Positions 55,204 to 64,000 of a DNA stretch of 64,000 bases are shown in pieces. A program made the position numbers and the translations under genes. The stretch lies in assembly GCF_016026235.1 (NCBI RefSeq), contig NZ_CP065613.1, one strand, 5' to 3'. The notes under the pieces are model-generated. The model did not search any database. It worked only from the letters and a program-made list of their open reading frames with translations, and was not told the DNA's origin. This stretch comes from Escherichia coli (GTDB taxonomy: Bacteria; Pseudomonadota; Gammaproteobacteria; Enterobacterales; Enterobacteriaceae). The first letter of the stretch is position 1. Each line of letters opens with the position of its first letter.

Positions 55204-56496
55204 CTGAGGAATCCCCAGAAAACAAGACAGGCATAGTGAGATGTGATCTAATTGATTGTGCTAACAATTTCAAGGAGATCACCACTATGCCTGCACGTTC
55301 ATTATGCCAAAATTTCCTTAACAATATACTGGCCCCTTTGCATCTTTACCGTCAAAAATCACTGATTGACGCAACTAATGCTGTAATAAATGGCGCTTCC
55401 CTCACACTTACCAGTATCGGGCGTCATTTAACCGGTACGGCATCAGTTAAAAACAAAATAAAGCGGGTGGATCGACTGTTGGGGAATCGACATTTGCAAA
55501 ATGAGGTTTCCACCATTTTTCAGCGAATTACCCAAAAGATTACGCGGGGAATGTCTCGTGTTGTGATACTCATTGACTGGAGTGCTTATCATGCCTCTCG
55601 TTTTCAGCTTTTGCGGGCAAGCCTGGCATGTGACGGGCGTTCTTTACCGTTGATGAGTTGTGTCGTTCCATCATCACAGACAGCGAATGCAGATGTACAT
55701 GAGCGTTTTCTGGAATCGCTTGCTGAGTGCTTTTCCCCGGGACTGATGTCATTGTTATTACAGATGCCGGTTTTCAGGGGCGATGGTTCCAACAGCTCCG
55801 CTCCCGTGGCTGGACCTATATTTGCCGGGTACTGGGCAATCATTATTACAATGTTGGTAATGGCTGGGAAAAGGTGTCGGACTCAGGCACAAAAGCATCA
55901 ACGACAGCAATTTATTTAGGTGAAGGCCTGCTGGGTCGAGATAAAAATGCACAACATGAAGGGCATTTTTATCTTTATAAAAGTAAGCCTAAAGGTCGTA
56001 GATTTAAACGCTCGAAGGAAAGAGCAACCAGACCATCGGTGACGGCTAAAGCTCGTACTGCCGGGAAATCACCATGGTTTATTTTCACAAACAGTACTGA
56101 GTTCTCGCCAAAACAGGTAATGAAATTATACAGCCGTAGAATGCAAATTGAGCAAAATTTCAGGGATGAAAAAAATCCTCGCTGGGGATTTGGACTACGG
56201 TTTGGTGCCAGTCATTCATCCGGGCGGGTCACGGTATTGAGTCTGATCGCAACATTAGCCAGTATCATTATGTGGTTAAGCGGTTTCAGCCTGGAAAACA
56301 AAGGGATACATCATAAATATCAGGCAAATACAGTGAAGCACAGGCGAGTCATCTCGTTATTAAAACTGGCGGAGAATGTGATTCGACATTCTCCACTCAT
56401 ACTAAACACACTGTCACTTGACGCAGGGCTGAAAGTTCTACAGCAACGGTATACCAATATGATAATGGTTTACTAAATTTTCTGGGGATCCCTCAG
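55204..56496 (+). mobile_element. IS10-like (IS4-family) insertion sequence, copy 1 (1293 bp)
   Basis: Terminal inverted repeats CTGAGGAATCCCCAGAAAA / TTTTCTGGGGATCCCTCAG; flanked by direct repeat AGATTGTCC(C). Confidence 0.9.
55287..56476 (+). pseudogene. IS10-like transposase, frameshifted (copy 1)
   Basis: Reading frame splits into ORFs 55197..55919 and 55727..56476; C4 run at 55735-55738 where copy 2 has C5. Confidence 0.85.
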
Positions 56497-57931
56497 AGAT
56501 TGTCCCCGGCGTTGCGACTCAGTGGAAAAGTAATGACAACCGTATCTGGACTTTTACCCTGCGCGATAACGCAAAATGGGCGGATGGCACACCGGTAACG
56601 GCGCAAGATTTTGTCTACAGCTGGCAACGTCTGGTGGACCCGAAAACGCTATCGCCATTTGCATGGTTTGCCGCGCTGGCGGGAATCAACAACGCACAGG
56701 CGATTATTGATGGTAAAGCTACGCCAGACCAGCTTGGCGTCACCGCAGTTGATGCCCATACTTTGAAAATTCAGCTTGATAAACCGTTGCCGTGGTTTGT
56801 GAATTTAACCGCTAACTTTGCCTTCTTCCCGGTGCAAAAAGCCAACGTAGAAAGCGGTAAAGAGTGGACGAAACCCGGAAATCTGATCGGCAATGGCGCT
56901 TATGTTCTTAAAGATCGCGTAGTCAATGAAAAACTGGTCGTGGTACCGAATACCCATTATTGGGATAACGCCAAAACGGTGCTGCAAAAAGTGACTTTCC
57001 TGCCAATTAATCAGGAATCCGCAGCCACTAAGCGTTACCTCGCGGGGGATATTGATATCACCGAATCCTTCCCGAAAAATATGTATCAGAAGCTGTTGAA
57101 GGATATTCCGGGGCAGGTTTATACGCCGCCGCAGCTCGGGACCTATTATTATGCGTTTAACACGCAAAAAGGGCCGACGGCAGATCAGCGCGTTCGCCTG
57201 GCATTAAGTATGACGATAGATCGCCGCCTGATGACCGAAAAAGTGTTGGGAACGGGCGAAAAGCCAGCGTGGCATTTTACACCAGATGTTACCGCCGGAT
57301 TTACGCCGGAACCTTCGCCGTTTGAACAAATGAGTCAGGAAGAACTGAATGCGCAGGCAAAAACTTTGTTGAGCGCAGCTGGTTATGGTCCGCAAAAACC
57401 GCTGAAGCTGACGCTTTTGTATAACACTTCAGAAAACCATCAAAAAATTGCGATTGCTGTAGCATCGATGTGGAAAAAGAACCTTGGCGTAGATGTTAAA
57501 TTGCAAAATCAGGAATGGAAAACCTATATCGATAGCCGTAACACCGGCAATTTTGATGTTATCCGCGCCTCGTGGGTGGGGGATTATAATGAACCCTCCA
57601 CTTTCCTGACATTATTAACGTCAACGCATTCAGGAAATATTTCACGCTTTAACAATCCGGCATACGACAAAGTTCTGGCCCAGGCATCGACGGAAAATAC
57701 CGTTAAAGCGCGTAATGCCGATTACAACGCGGCAGAAAAAATCCTCATGGAGCAAGCACTGATTGCACCAATTTATCAATATACCAATGGACGATTAATC
57801 AAGCCGTGGCTGAAAGGTTATCCCATTAATAACCCGGAAGATGTGGCGTACAGCCGGACTATGTATATTGTGAAGCATTGATGTGATGGGAACTGGCGTT
57901 ACCCTTGTGGATAACGCCAGTGATGTCTGAT

Positions 57932-58963
57932 TTAGCGCCCCTGTTCCGGCGGTGTAATGTTATCCATATACAGCGTCTGGCTGGGGAAGGCAAAGTCCGC
58001 GCCGTGTGACTGCACAATATCGATAATCTTCAAATAAACGTCTTGCTGTGCAGCAAGCCATTCAGCCCATACCGTGGTTTTGGTAAAGCAATAAACCATA
58101 ATATTCAATGACGAGTCGGCAAACTGGTTGAAATAAACCAGTAAGGTTTGTCGCTGGTCGATGGCCGGGTGATTTTTCAGCATCTCACGTACGGCTTCGA
58201 CAATAACGCCCACTTTTGCCGCATCCTCATAACGTAAACCAATGGTCGTGGTAATGCGGCGGTTGGTCATTCGTCCTGGGTTTTCTACGCTGATCGACGA
58301 AAACAGCGAGTTCGGTACGTACAATGGACGATTATCAAAGGTCGTAATTTTGGTAATTCGCCAGCCAATTTCCGCTACTGTACCTTCGATATTTCTGTCC
58401 GGTGAACGGATCCAGTCGCCAATACTGAAAGGACGGTCGAAATAGAGCATGATCCCGGAAAAGAAATTGCTCAGAATATCTTTACCGGCCATACCGACAG
58501 CCAGACCACCAATACCACCAAAGGTCAGCAAGCCAGAAAGGCTCATGCCGAAATGTTCGCCATAAAGCAGAACAAGCACCACAATAATGGTGATTTTGAT
58601 AATGCGCGACATAATCCGCGCACTGGTGATATCGCGACCTTTTTTAATCTGCTGTTTTTCAAACTGATTAATCAGCAAAAATAGCTTAATCGTCAGAATA
58701 ACCGCAATCAGGGACGTACAGATAAAATCGATAACGCCTGGGGTGATAAATTTGAGTTTATAGTTTTCTATAACATAATTAATAATGCTACCAACAGCAC
58801 TGATAATTATGGTGTAGATTAAAAATTGCACCGCATGGAATAAAAAACCTTTTCTTTTACGATTTCCGCGGCGAAACCAAAAGCTCATCAGAATCAATGC
58901 TGCGCAGCTACCGAAAATAATGACCAGATTAAGCGCATTATTTGTAAACAGTTCAGCGATCAT
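57932..58963 (-). CDS. ynaI: MscS-family mechanosensitive channel
   Basis: 343 aa; N-terminal transmembrane helices and MscS beta-domain. Confidence 0.9.
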
Positions 58964-59206
58964 TGTTTTATCAGGCTCCTCCAGATAATTGTCGTCATGC
59001 CGGAAACCCCTGGCGGGGCTATTTTACCGCGACAATTCATTCAGATCATCAATAGTCAGGGAAGGAAGTAGCAACATTAGCTAACTAATCAATGCGTTGA
59101 TTGTAAATCCAGCTAAGAGGTGAGGTTTTCAGAGCAGACAACGGTGAAATGTCATGGTATTGTTACGTTTAGGTAACAAGAAATTTGTCTGCACAAGGAT
59201 TACATC

Positions 59207-59464
59207 ATGATTATGGCGAAACTGAAGTCAGCGAAAGGGAAGAAATTTCTCTTTGGTTTGTTGGCGGTTTTCATTATTGCGGCGTCGGTTGTGACTCGCG
59301 CGACTATCGGCGGCGTTATAGAACAGTACAATATTCCGCTGTCTGAGTGGACGACATCAATGTATGTGATTCAGTCATCGATGATTTTTGTTTATAGCCT
59401 GGTTTTTACTGTGTTGCTGGCAATCCCGTTAGGAATTTATTTCCTTGGTGGCGAAGAGCAGTAA
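59207..59464 (+). CDS. ynaJ: Small inner membrane protein YnaJ (DUF2534)
   Basis: 85 aa with two hydrophobic segments. Confidence 0.8.
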   Translation: MIMAKLKSAKGKKFLFGLLAVFIIAASVVTRATIGGVIEQYNIPLSEWTTSMYVIQSSMIFVYSLVFTVLLAIPLGIYFLGGEEQ

Positions 59465-59473
59465 GTAAAAAAT

Positions 59474-59493
59474 AGGCCCGATAACTCGGGCCT
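59474..59493. terminator. Bidirectional intrinsic terminator between ynaJ (+) and uspE (-)
   Basis: Stem GGCCCG-ATAACT-CGGGCC; minus strand continues with ATTTTTTAC. Confidence 0.65.
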
Positions 59494-59513
59494 TGTCAGT
59501 TATTGAAGAGTCG

Positions 59514-60464
59514 TTAATCGTCTTCTTCGTCATCCAGCTCAACGGGTGTCTGATACTGGTCAGGTTTAATGACCAGCAGGTCGCAGCGAAGATGATCAAT
59601 CACCTGTTCCGCCGTGTTGCCGAGGAATGCTGCTGAAATACCGGTACGTCCTACCGTGCCCAGAACCACAATCCCCGCCTGTAAGTGCTCCGCCAAATCA
59701 GGAATCACCTCTTCTGGCAGACCTTTTTCTACGTGCGTCATGTTTTCATTAATGCCGAATTTCTGCCGCAGAGCTTTCATTGCCAGCAAATGTTGCCCAC
59801 GAATGGCATCGTTATAAACGCTCGGATCAAATTCCGGCAGTTCAATCGCGATATTAATTGGCGTTACTGGGTAAGCGCCAACCAGATGAACTTCGGTATG
59901 GTTGACTTGTTCTGCCAGTTCGATCGTCTCTTTGACCAGTTTTTCATTGAGCGCATTATGATACGGCTCTTCACTGGCGAGATTCACCGCCACCAGCGCC
60001 TTACCTCCTTCCGGCCACGGCTGGTCTTTCACCATCCACACCGGGCTTGGGCATTTGCGTAACAGATGCCAGTCCGTTGGCGTAAAAATCACCGCTTCCA
60101 GACGGTCATGTTGGTGCGCCATTTTTAGCACCAAATCGTGCCCGCCGCTGATCACTTCCTGAATGATGGCTTCGAAAGGACGGTTATGCCAGACCACTTT
60201 AATTTCAATGGGAACGCCAGCATTGAGATAATATTTTGCCTGCTCGTGGATCCAGGCTGTACGCTGGCTGATGACGCCCTGACGCATAGCCGTACGTTCG
60301 TCCGGGGAGAGCAGGGTGGTCATTTCGTATGAGAAGTCATAGATCGGCAAAAAGGCTTTAATTTTGCCACCAATCCGTTGATGTAAATAAACAGCTCGCC
60401 GCAATGCTGGTTGGTCGTCCTGGTTAGGATCGATAACAACGAGCATGTTCTGATACATAGCCAT
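59514..60464 (-). CDS. uspE: Tandem-domain universal stress protein E
   Basis: ORF 59514..60491; probable start [12 protein letters not shown]; two UspA domains. Confidence 0.9.
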   Translation of the reverse strand: MAMYQNMLVVIDPNQDDQPALRRAVYLHQRIGGKIKAFLPIYDFSYEMTTLLSPDERTAMRQGVISQRTAWIHEQAKYYLNAGVPIEIKVVWHNRPFEAIIQEVISGGHDLVLKMAHQHDRLEAVIFTPTDWHLLRKCPSPVWMVKDQPWPEGGKALVAVNLASEEPYHNALNEKLVKETIELAEQVNHTEVHLVGAYPVTPINIAIELPEFDPSVYNDAIRGQHLLAMKALRQKFGINENMTHVEKGLPEEVIPDLAEHLQAGIVVLGTVGRTGISAAFLGNTAEQVIDHLRCDLLVIKPDQYQTPVELDDEEDD

Positions 60465-60615
60465 ACAGGGTCTCCTTACAACAACTGTCAACGCAGTTTG
60501 TAATTAAAAGATTAACCCATATCTGGTGAATGAAACAGTGATGAACCTTCTGCCAGATCAATAAATCAGAAAAATTTAATGATATGACAGAAGGATAGTG
60601 AGTTATGCGGAAAAA

Positions 60616-61368
60616 TCAGGCAACGTTACGCGTATGACCAGCAAGCTGGGCCAGCGCATCGTTATTTTCGATGGTGATGTATTTACCTTTGACTGCCAGC
60701 ATACCGCTTTTCTGGAAGCGACCTAGCAGACGGCTGATGGTTTCTACCGTCAGGCCCAGATAGTTACCGATATCGCCACGAGTCATCGTCAGGCGGAATT
60801 CACGAGGGGAGAAGCCGCGTTGGGCAAAACGACGGGACAGGTTGTAGATGAATGCAGCCAGACGTTCCTCGGCATTTTTCTTCGACAACAGCAAGATCAT
60901 GTCCTGATCGCCTTTGATTTCACCGCTCATCAGACGCATCATCTGCTGACGCAGATTCGGCATTTTACCGGACAAATCGTCCAGCGTTTCGAACGGGATT
61001 TCACATACCATCGAGGTTTCCAGCGCCTGAGCGAAGCTCGGGTGATGGCCGCTGCCGATGGCGTCAAATCCCACCAGGTCGCCAGCTAAATGGAAACCAG
61101 TGATTTGCTCGTCGCCTTGCTCAGTGATGGTATAACTTTTAATCGTACCGGAGCGGATGGCATAAAGCGATTTAAGTTCATCACCAGCCTTAAACAGCGT
61201 CTGGCCTTTCTGAATAGGCTTCTTCCGCTCAATGATATTATCAAGCTGATCAAGCTCATGTTCGTTGAGTGTGAACGGGATGCAAAGCTGGCTGATGCTG
61301 CAATCCTGGCAATGGATAGCACAACCGCCAGACTGAATGCGCCGTATAATTCGCTTTTCCGGGATCAT
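60616..61368 (-). CDS. fnr: Anaerobic global regulator FNR (CRP family, [4Fe-4S])
   Basis: ORF 60616..61425; start at [29 protein letters not shown] (N-terminal Cys cluster); C-terminal HTH. Confidence 0.95.
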
Positions 61369-61387
61369 AGGTCTGCTCAAGCCGTAA

Positions 61388-61401
61388 TTGATATTTGTCA
61401 A
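61388..61401. promoter_or_regulatory. FNR-box-like site in the fnr promoter (candidate autoregulation site)
   Basis: TTGAT-ATTT-GTCAA versus consensus TTGAT-N4-ATCAA; 20-33 bp upstream of the fnr ATG. Confidence 0.5.
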
Positions 61402-61497
61402 TTTTAACATCTTTTTAGGGAGCAAGTAAGTCTAAGCAAACCTTAACAGCAGAGAATTCCGATATTAGATGTAAATATATGTCTATCTATTTGAAAA

Positions 61498-61515
61498 CCC
61501 TTAAGTTGTTAAGGG
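61498..61515 (-). terminator. Intrinsic terminator downstream of ogt
   Basis: Stem CCCTTAA-GTTG-TTAAGGG; minus strand continues with TTTTCAAA. Confidence 0.6.
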
Positions 61516-61562
61516 TAACTTTACATAAAAGTGTGAACAAGCTGGCACAAATTGTTTAATGT

Positions 61563-62078
61563 TTACAGCAAAAGATAACCTTCGTGGCGCAATAACCACT
61601 CTTTTCGCTGAACTCCGCCTGCATATCCGGTCATGGTGCCGTTTCGGCCAATAACCCGATGGCAAGGTACGACGATGCTGATGGGATTCGATCCGTTTGC
61701 CGCACCAACGGCACGCGCCGCGCCAGGGCGGCCCAATTGTTCAGCCAGTTGGCCGTAATGCATTACCTGCCCGCAGGGGATAGTGCGTAGAGTTTTCCAG
61801 ACTTCGCGCTGAAATGGCGTCCCCCCTGTGGCAGTGGGAAGCGTATCAATAATGCTAAGATTACCGGCAAAATAATCACGAAGCTTGTCGCTTAAACCGC
61901 CTGGGTTGGTGGCAGAAATGCGCTCATAGCCTTCTTTGCGATAATGGATGTCCAGCAGCTGCACCATGCGTTCGCTGTACTCTTCCCATTCAACCGCCCG
62001 CAGGCGAAATTGCTCATCGCAAATCACCCACAGTGGACCCAGTGGCGTGGCAATTTTTTCTTCAAGTAATCTCAGCAT
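61563..62078 (-). CDS. ogt: O6-alkylguanine-DNA alkyltransferase
   Basis: 171 aa; active site PCHRV. Confidence 0.93.
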   Translation of the reverse strand: MLRLLEEKIATPLGPLWVICDEQFRLRAVEWEEYSERMVQLLDIHYRKEGYERISATNPGGLSDKLRDYFAGNLSIIDTLPTATGGTPFQREVWKTLRTIPCGQVMHYGQLAEQLGRPGAARAVGAANGSNPISIVVPCHRVIGRNGTMTGYAGGVQRKEWLLRHEGYLLL

Positions 62079-62112
62079 CCGTTCTCTCTTAAGACAAACG
62101 TGGGTAAATCCC

Positions 62113-63406
62113 CTGAGGAATCCCCAGAAAACAAGACAGGCATAGTGAGATGTGATCTAATTGATTGTGCTAACAATTTCAAGGAGATCACCACTATGCC
62201 TGCACGTTCATTATGCCAAAATTTCCTTAACAACATACTGGCCCCTTTGCATCTTTACCGTCAAAAATCACTGATTGACGCAACTAATGCTGTAATAAAT
62301 GGCGCTTCCCTCACACTTACCAGTATCGGGCGTCATTTAACCGGTACGGCATCAGTTAAAAACAAAATAAAGCGGGTGGATCGACTGTTGGGGAATCGAC
62401 ATTTGCAAAATGAGGTTTCCACCATTTTTCAGCGAATTACCCAAAAGATTACGCGGGGAATGTCTCGTGTTGTGATACTCATTGACTGGAGTGCTTATCA
62501 TGCCTCTCGTTTTCAGCTTTTGCGGGCAAGCCTGGCATGTGACGGGCGTTCTTTACCGTTGATGAGTTGTGTCGTTCCATCATCACAGACAGCGAATGCA
62601 GATGTACATGAGCGTTTTCTGGAATCGCTTGCTGAGTGCTTTTCCCCCGGGACTGATGTCATTGTTATTACAGATGCCGGTTTTCAGGGGCGATGGTTCC
62701 AACAGCTCCGCTCCCGTGGCTGGACCTATATTTGCCGGGTACTGGGCAATCATTATTACAATGTTGGTAATGGCTGGGAAAAGGTGTCGGACTCAGGCAC
62801 AAAAGCATCAACGACAGCAATTTATTTAGGTGAAGGCCTGCTGGGTCGAGATAAAAATGCACAACATGAAGGGCATTTTTATCTTTATAAAAGTAAGCCT
62901 AAAGGTCGTAGATTTAAACGCTCGAAGGAAAGAGCAACCAGACCATCGGTGACGGCTAAAGCTCGTACTGCCGGGAAATCACCATGGTTTATTTTCACAA
63001 ACAGTACTGAGTTCTCGCCAAAACAGGTAATGAAATTATACAGCCGTAGAATGCAAATTGAGCAAAATTTCAGGGATGAAAAAAATCCTCGCTGGGGATT
63101 TGGACTACGGTTTGGTGCCAGTCATTCATCCGGGCGGGTCACGGTATTGAGTCTGATCGCAACATTAGCCAGTATCATTATGTGGTTAAGCGGTTTCAGC
63201 CTGGAAAACAAAGGGATACATCATAAATATCAGGCAAATACAGTGAAGCACAGGCGAGTCATCTCGTTATTAAAACTGGCGGAGAATGTGATTCGACATT
63301 CTCCACTCATACTAAACACACTGTCACTTGACGCAGGGCTGAAAGTTCTACAGCAACGGTATACCAATATGATAATGGTTTACTAAATTTTCTGGGGATC
63401 CCTCAG
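62113..63406 (+). mobile_element. IS10-like (IS4-family) insertion sequence, copy 2 (1294 bp, intact)
   Basis: Same terminal repeats as copy 1; flanked by direct repeat GGTAAATCC(C); same orientation as copy 1. Confidence 0.9.
62196..63386 (+). CDS. IS10-like DDE transposase (IS4 family)
   Basis: 396 aa; motifs IKRVDRLLGNRHL, ITDAGF, YSRRMQIEQNFRD, YQANTV match IS10 transposase blocks; SD AAGGAG 9 nt before the ATG. Confidence 0.88.
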   Translation: MPARSLCQNFLNNILAPLHLYRQKSLIDATNAVINGASLTLTSIGRHLTGTASVKNKIKRVDRLLGNRHLQNEVSTIFQRITQKITRGMSRVVILIDWSAYHASRFQLLRASLACDGRSLPLMSCVVPSSQTANADVHERFLESLAECFSPGTDVIVITDAGFQGRWFQQLRSRGWTYICRVLGNHYYNVGNGWEKVSDSGTKASTTAIYLGEGLLGRDKNAQHEGHFYLYKSKPKGRRFKRSKERATRPSVTAKARTAGKSPWFIFTNSTEFSPKQVMKLYSRRMQIEQNFRDEKNPRWGFGLRFGASHSSGRVTVLSLIATLASIIMWLSGFSLENKGIHHKYQANTVKHRRVISLLKLAENVIRHSPLILNTLSLDAGLKVLQQRYTNMIMVY

Positions 63407-63554
63407 GGTAAATCCCCGGACCTATCGGCAGACCAACAAGATACCACGCCAGCAACATCAGCAGCCATACCACCAAAAAGATAAGCGGATAGGGCAAGAC
63501 TAACGAATAGTAAGTACCCAGTTTCGCGTCTGGTTTGTCGCAGTCTGATAGCAT
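63348..63554 (-). CDS. Small hydrophobic ORF whose native C-terminus is replaced by IS-derived codons
   Basis: ATG at 63552-63554 (MLSDCDKPDAKLGTYYSLVLPYPLIFLVVWLLMLLAWYLVGLPIGPGIYP...); the frame runs into the IS end at 63406; without the IS it would end ...GIYPRLS ~10 bp before the ogt start; no clear SD. Confidence 0.25.
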   Translation of the reverse strand: MLSDCDKPDAKLGTYYSLVLPYPLIFLVVWLLMLLAWYLVGLPIGPGIYPEGSPENLVNHYHIGIPLL

Positions 63555-64000
63555 AAAGCGATTTTTTGATTTTTCTGCCTGAAGAAATGAGGGCAAGCCA
63601 TCACATGGATCGAGGGTGGGATAATTCCAGTCAGTGAAATTTTACCGTAGGCTATCTGTTATTTGATTCTGTGGCGTGATAGCCGCCAGACACCACTGAA
63701 CTCGTCACTCATTCCCCAATCCCGGCGAGAATGTGGTTATTTACAGAGCTAAAAATGAATAAAAAATAGAGCCTGTCGACATCCGCCAGACTCTACAGTA
63801 CACACAGCAGTGCATCCTCGTCTTAAATCCGGCCTGGGGTCCTTGTGACCGGTGACAGTGTTATAACGGTTTTACCCATCCGTTGCCAATTTTCTTCAGT
63901 GACAGATTTCACGAAAATATAAGTTAAATCATTTGTCTTGTGATTGCATAATCATGCATCGTTAATCGACGAGTAAATTTACCGGGCGAGTAGCCCGTTC

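Larger units (their letters stand above)
54965..57881 (+). pseudogene. mppA: Murein tripeptide-binding protein MppA, interrupted by an IS10-like insertion after codon ~80
   Basis: 5' part 54965..55203 (MKHSVSVTCCALL... signal peptide) and 3' part 56497..57881 are in frame with each other once the 1293 bp insertion and one copy of the target duplication are removed. Confidence 0.88.

Noticed and set aside
55197-56476. Two separate ORFs (55197..55919 and 55727..56476) as distinct genes
   Set aside because: They are the two halves of one IS10-like transposase separated by a 1 bp frameshift; copy 2 shows the intact frame.
62100-62195. Longer transposase ORF starting at 62100 (and at 55197 in copy 1)
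   Set aside because: That start is a non-ATG codon lying outside the IS left end in flanking DNA; the ATG at 62196 / 55287 has a proper SD and matches the IS10 transposase N-terminus position.

Overview
This window is an Escherichia coli-type chromosomal core segment, syntenic with the K-12 pyrF to ogt region, and almost all of it is ordinary housekeeping DNA. Gene order read from the translations: lapB (3' end), pyrF, yciH, osmB, yciT, yciZ, pdeR, rnb, yciW, fabI, ycjD, sapFDCBA, ymjA, puuP, puuA, puuD, puuR, puuC, puuB, puuE, pspF, pspABCDE, ycjMNOPQRSTUV, ompG, ycjW, ycjX, ycjF, tyrR, tpx, ycjG, mpaA, an NmrA-like gene, ycjY, ycjZ, mppA, ynaI, ynaJ, uspE, fnr, ogt. No CRISPR array, prophage or foreign gene island was found. 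The non-core content is three insertion sequences: (1) an IS110-family element (about 50873-52320) that splits a ycjY-paralogous hydrolase gene and carries a ~215 bp structured 5' non-coding leader, the position where this family encodes its bridge RNA; (2) and (3) two direct copies of a ~1.29 kb IS10-like (IS4-family) element, one frameshifted copy inside mppA and one intact copy 34 bp upstream of ogt, bracketing ynaI-ynaJ-uspE-fnr-ogt. Regulatory signals seen include the pspA sigma-54 promoter, a TyrR box, an FNR box, two identical candidate YcjW operators, REP and Box C-like repeats, and several intrinsic terminators. All calls are from reading the sequence and ORF track and from recalled family knowledge; no database search was run, and IS boundaries and gene starts are approximate.
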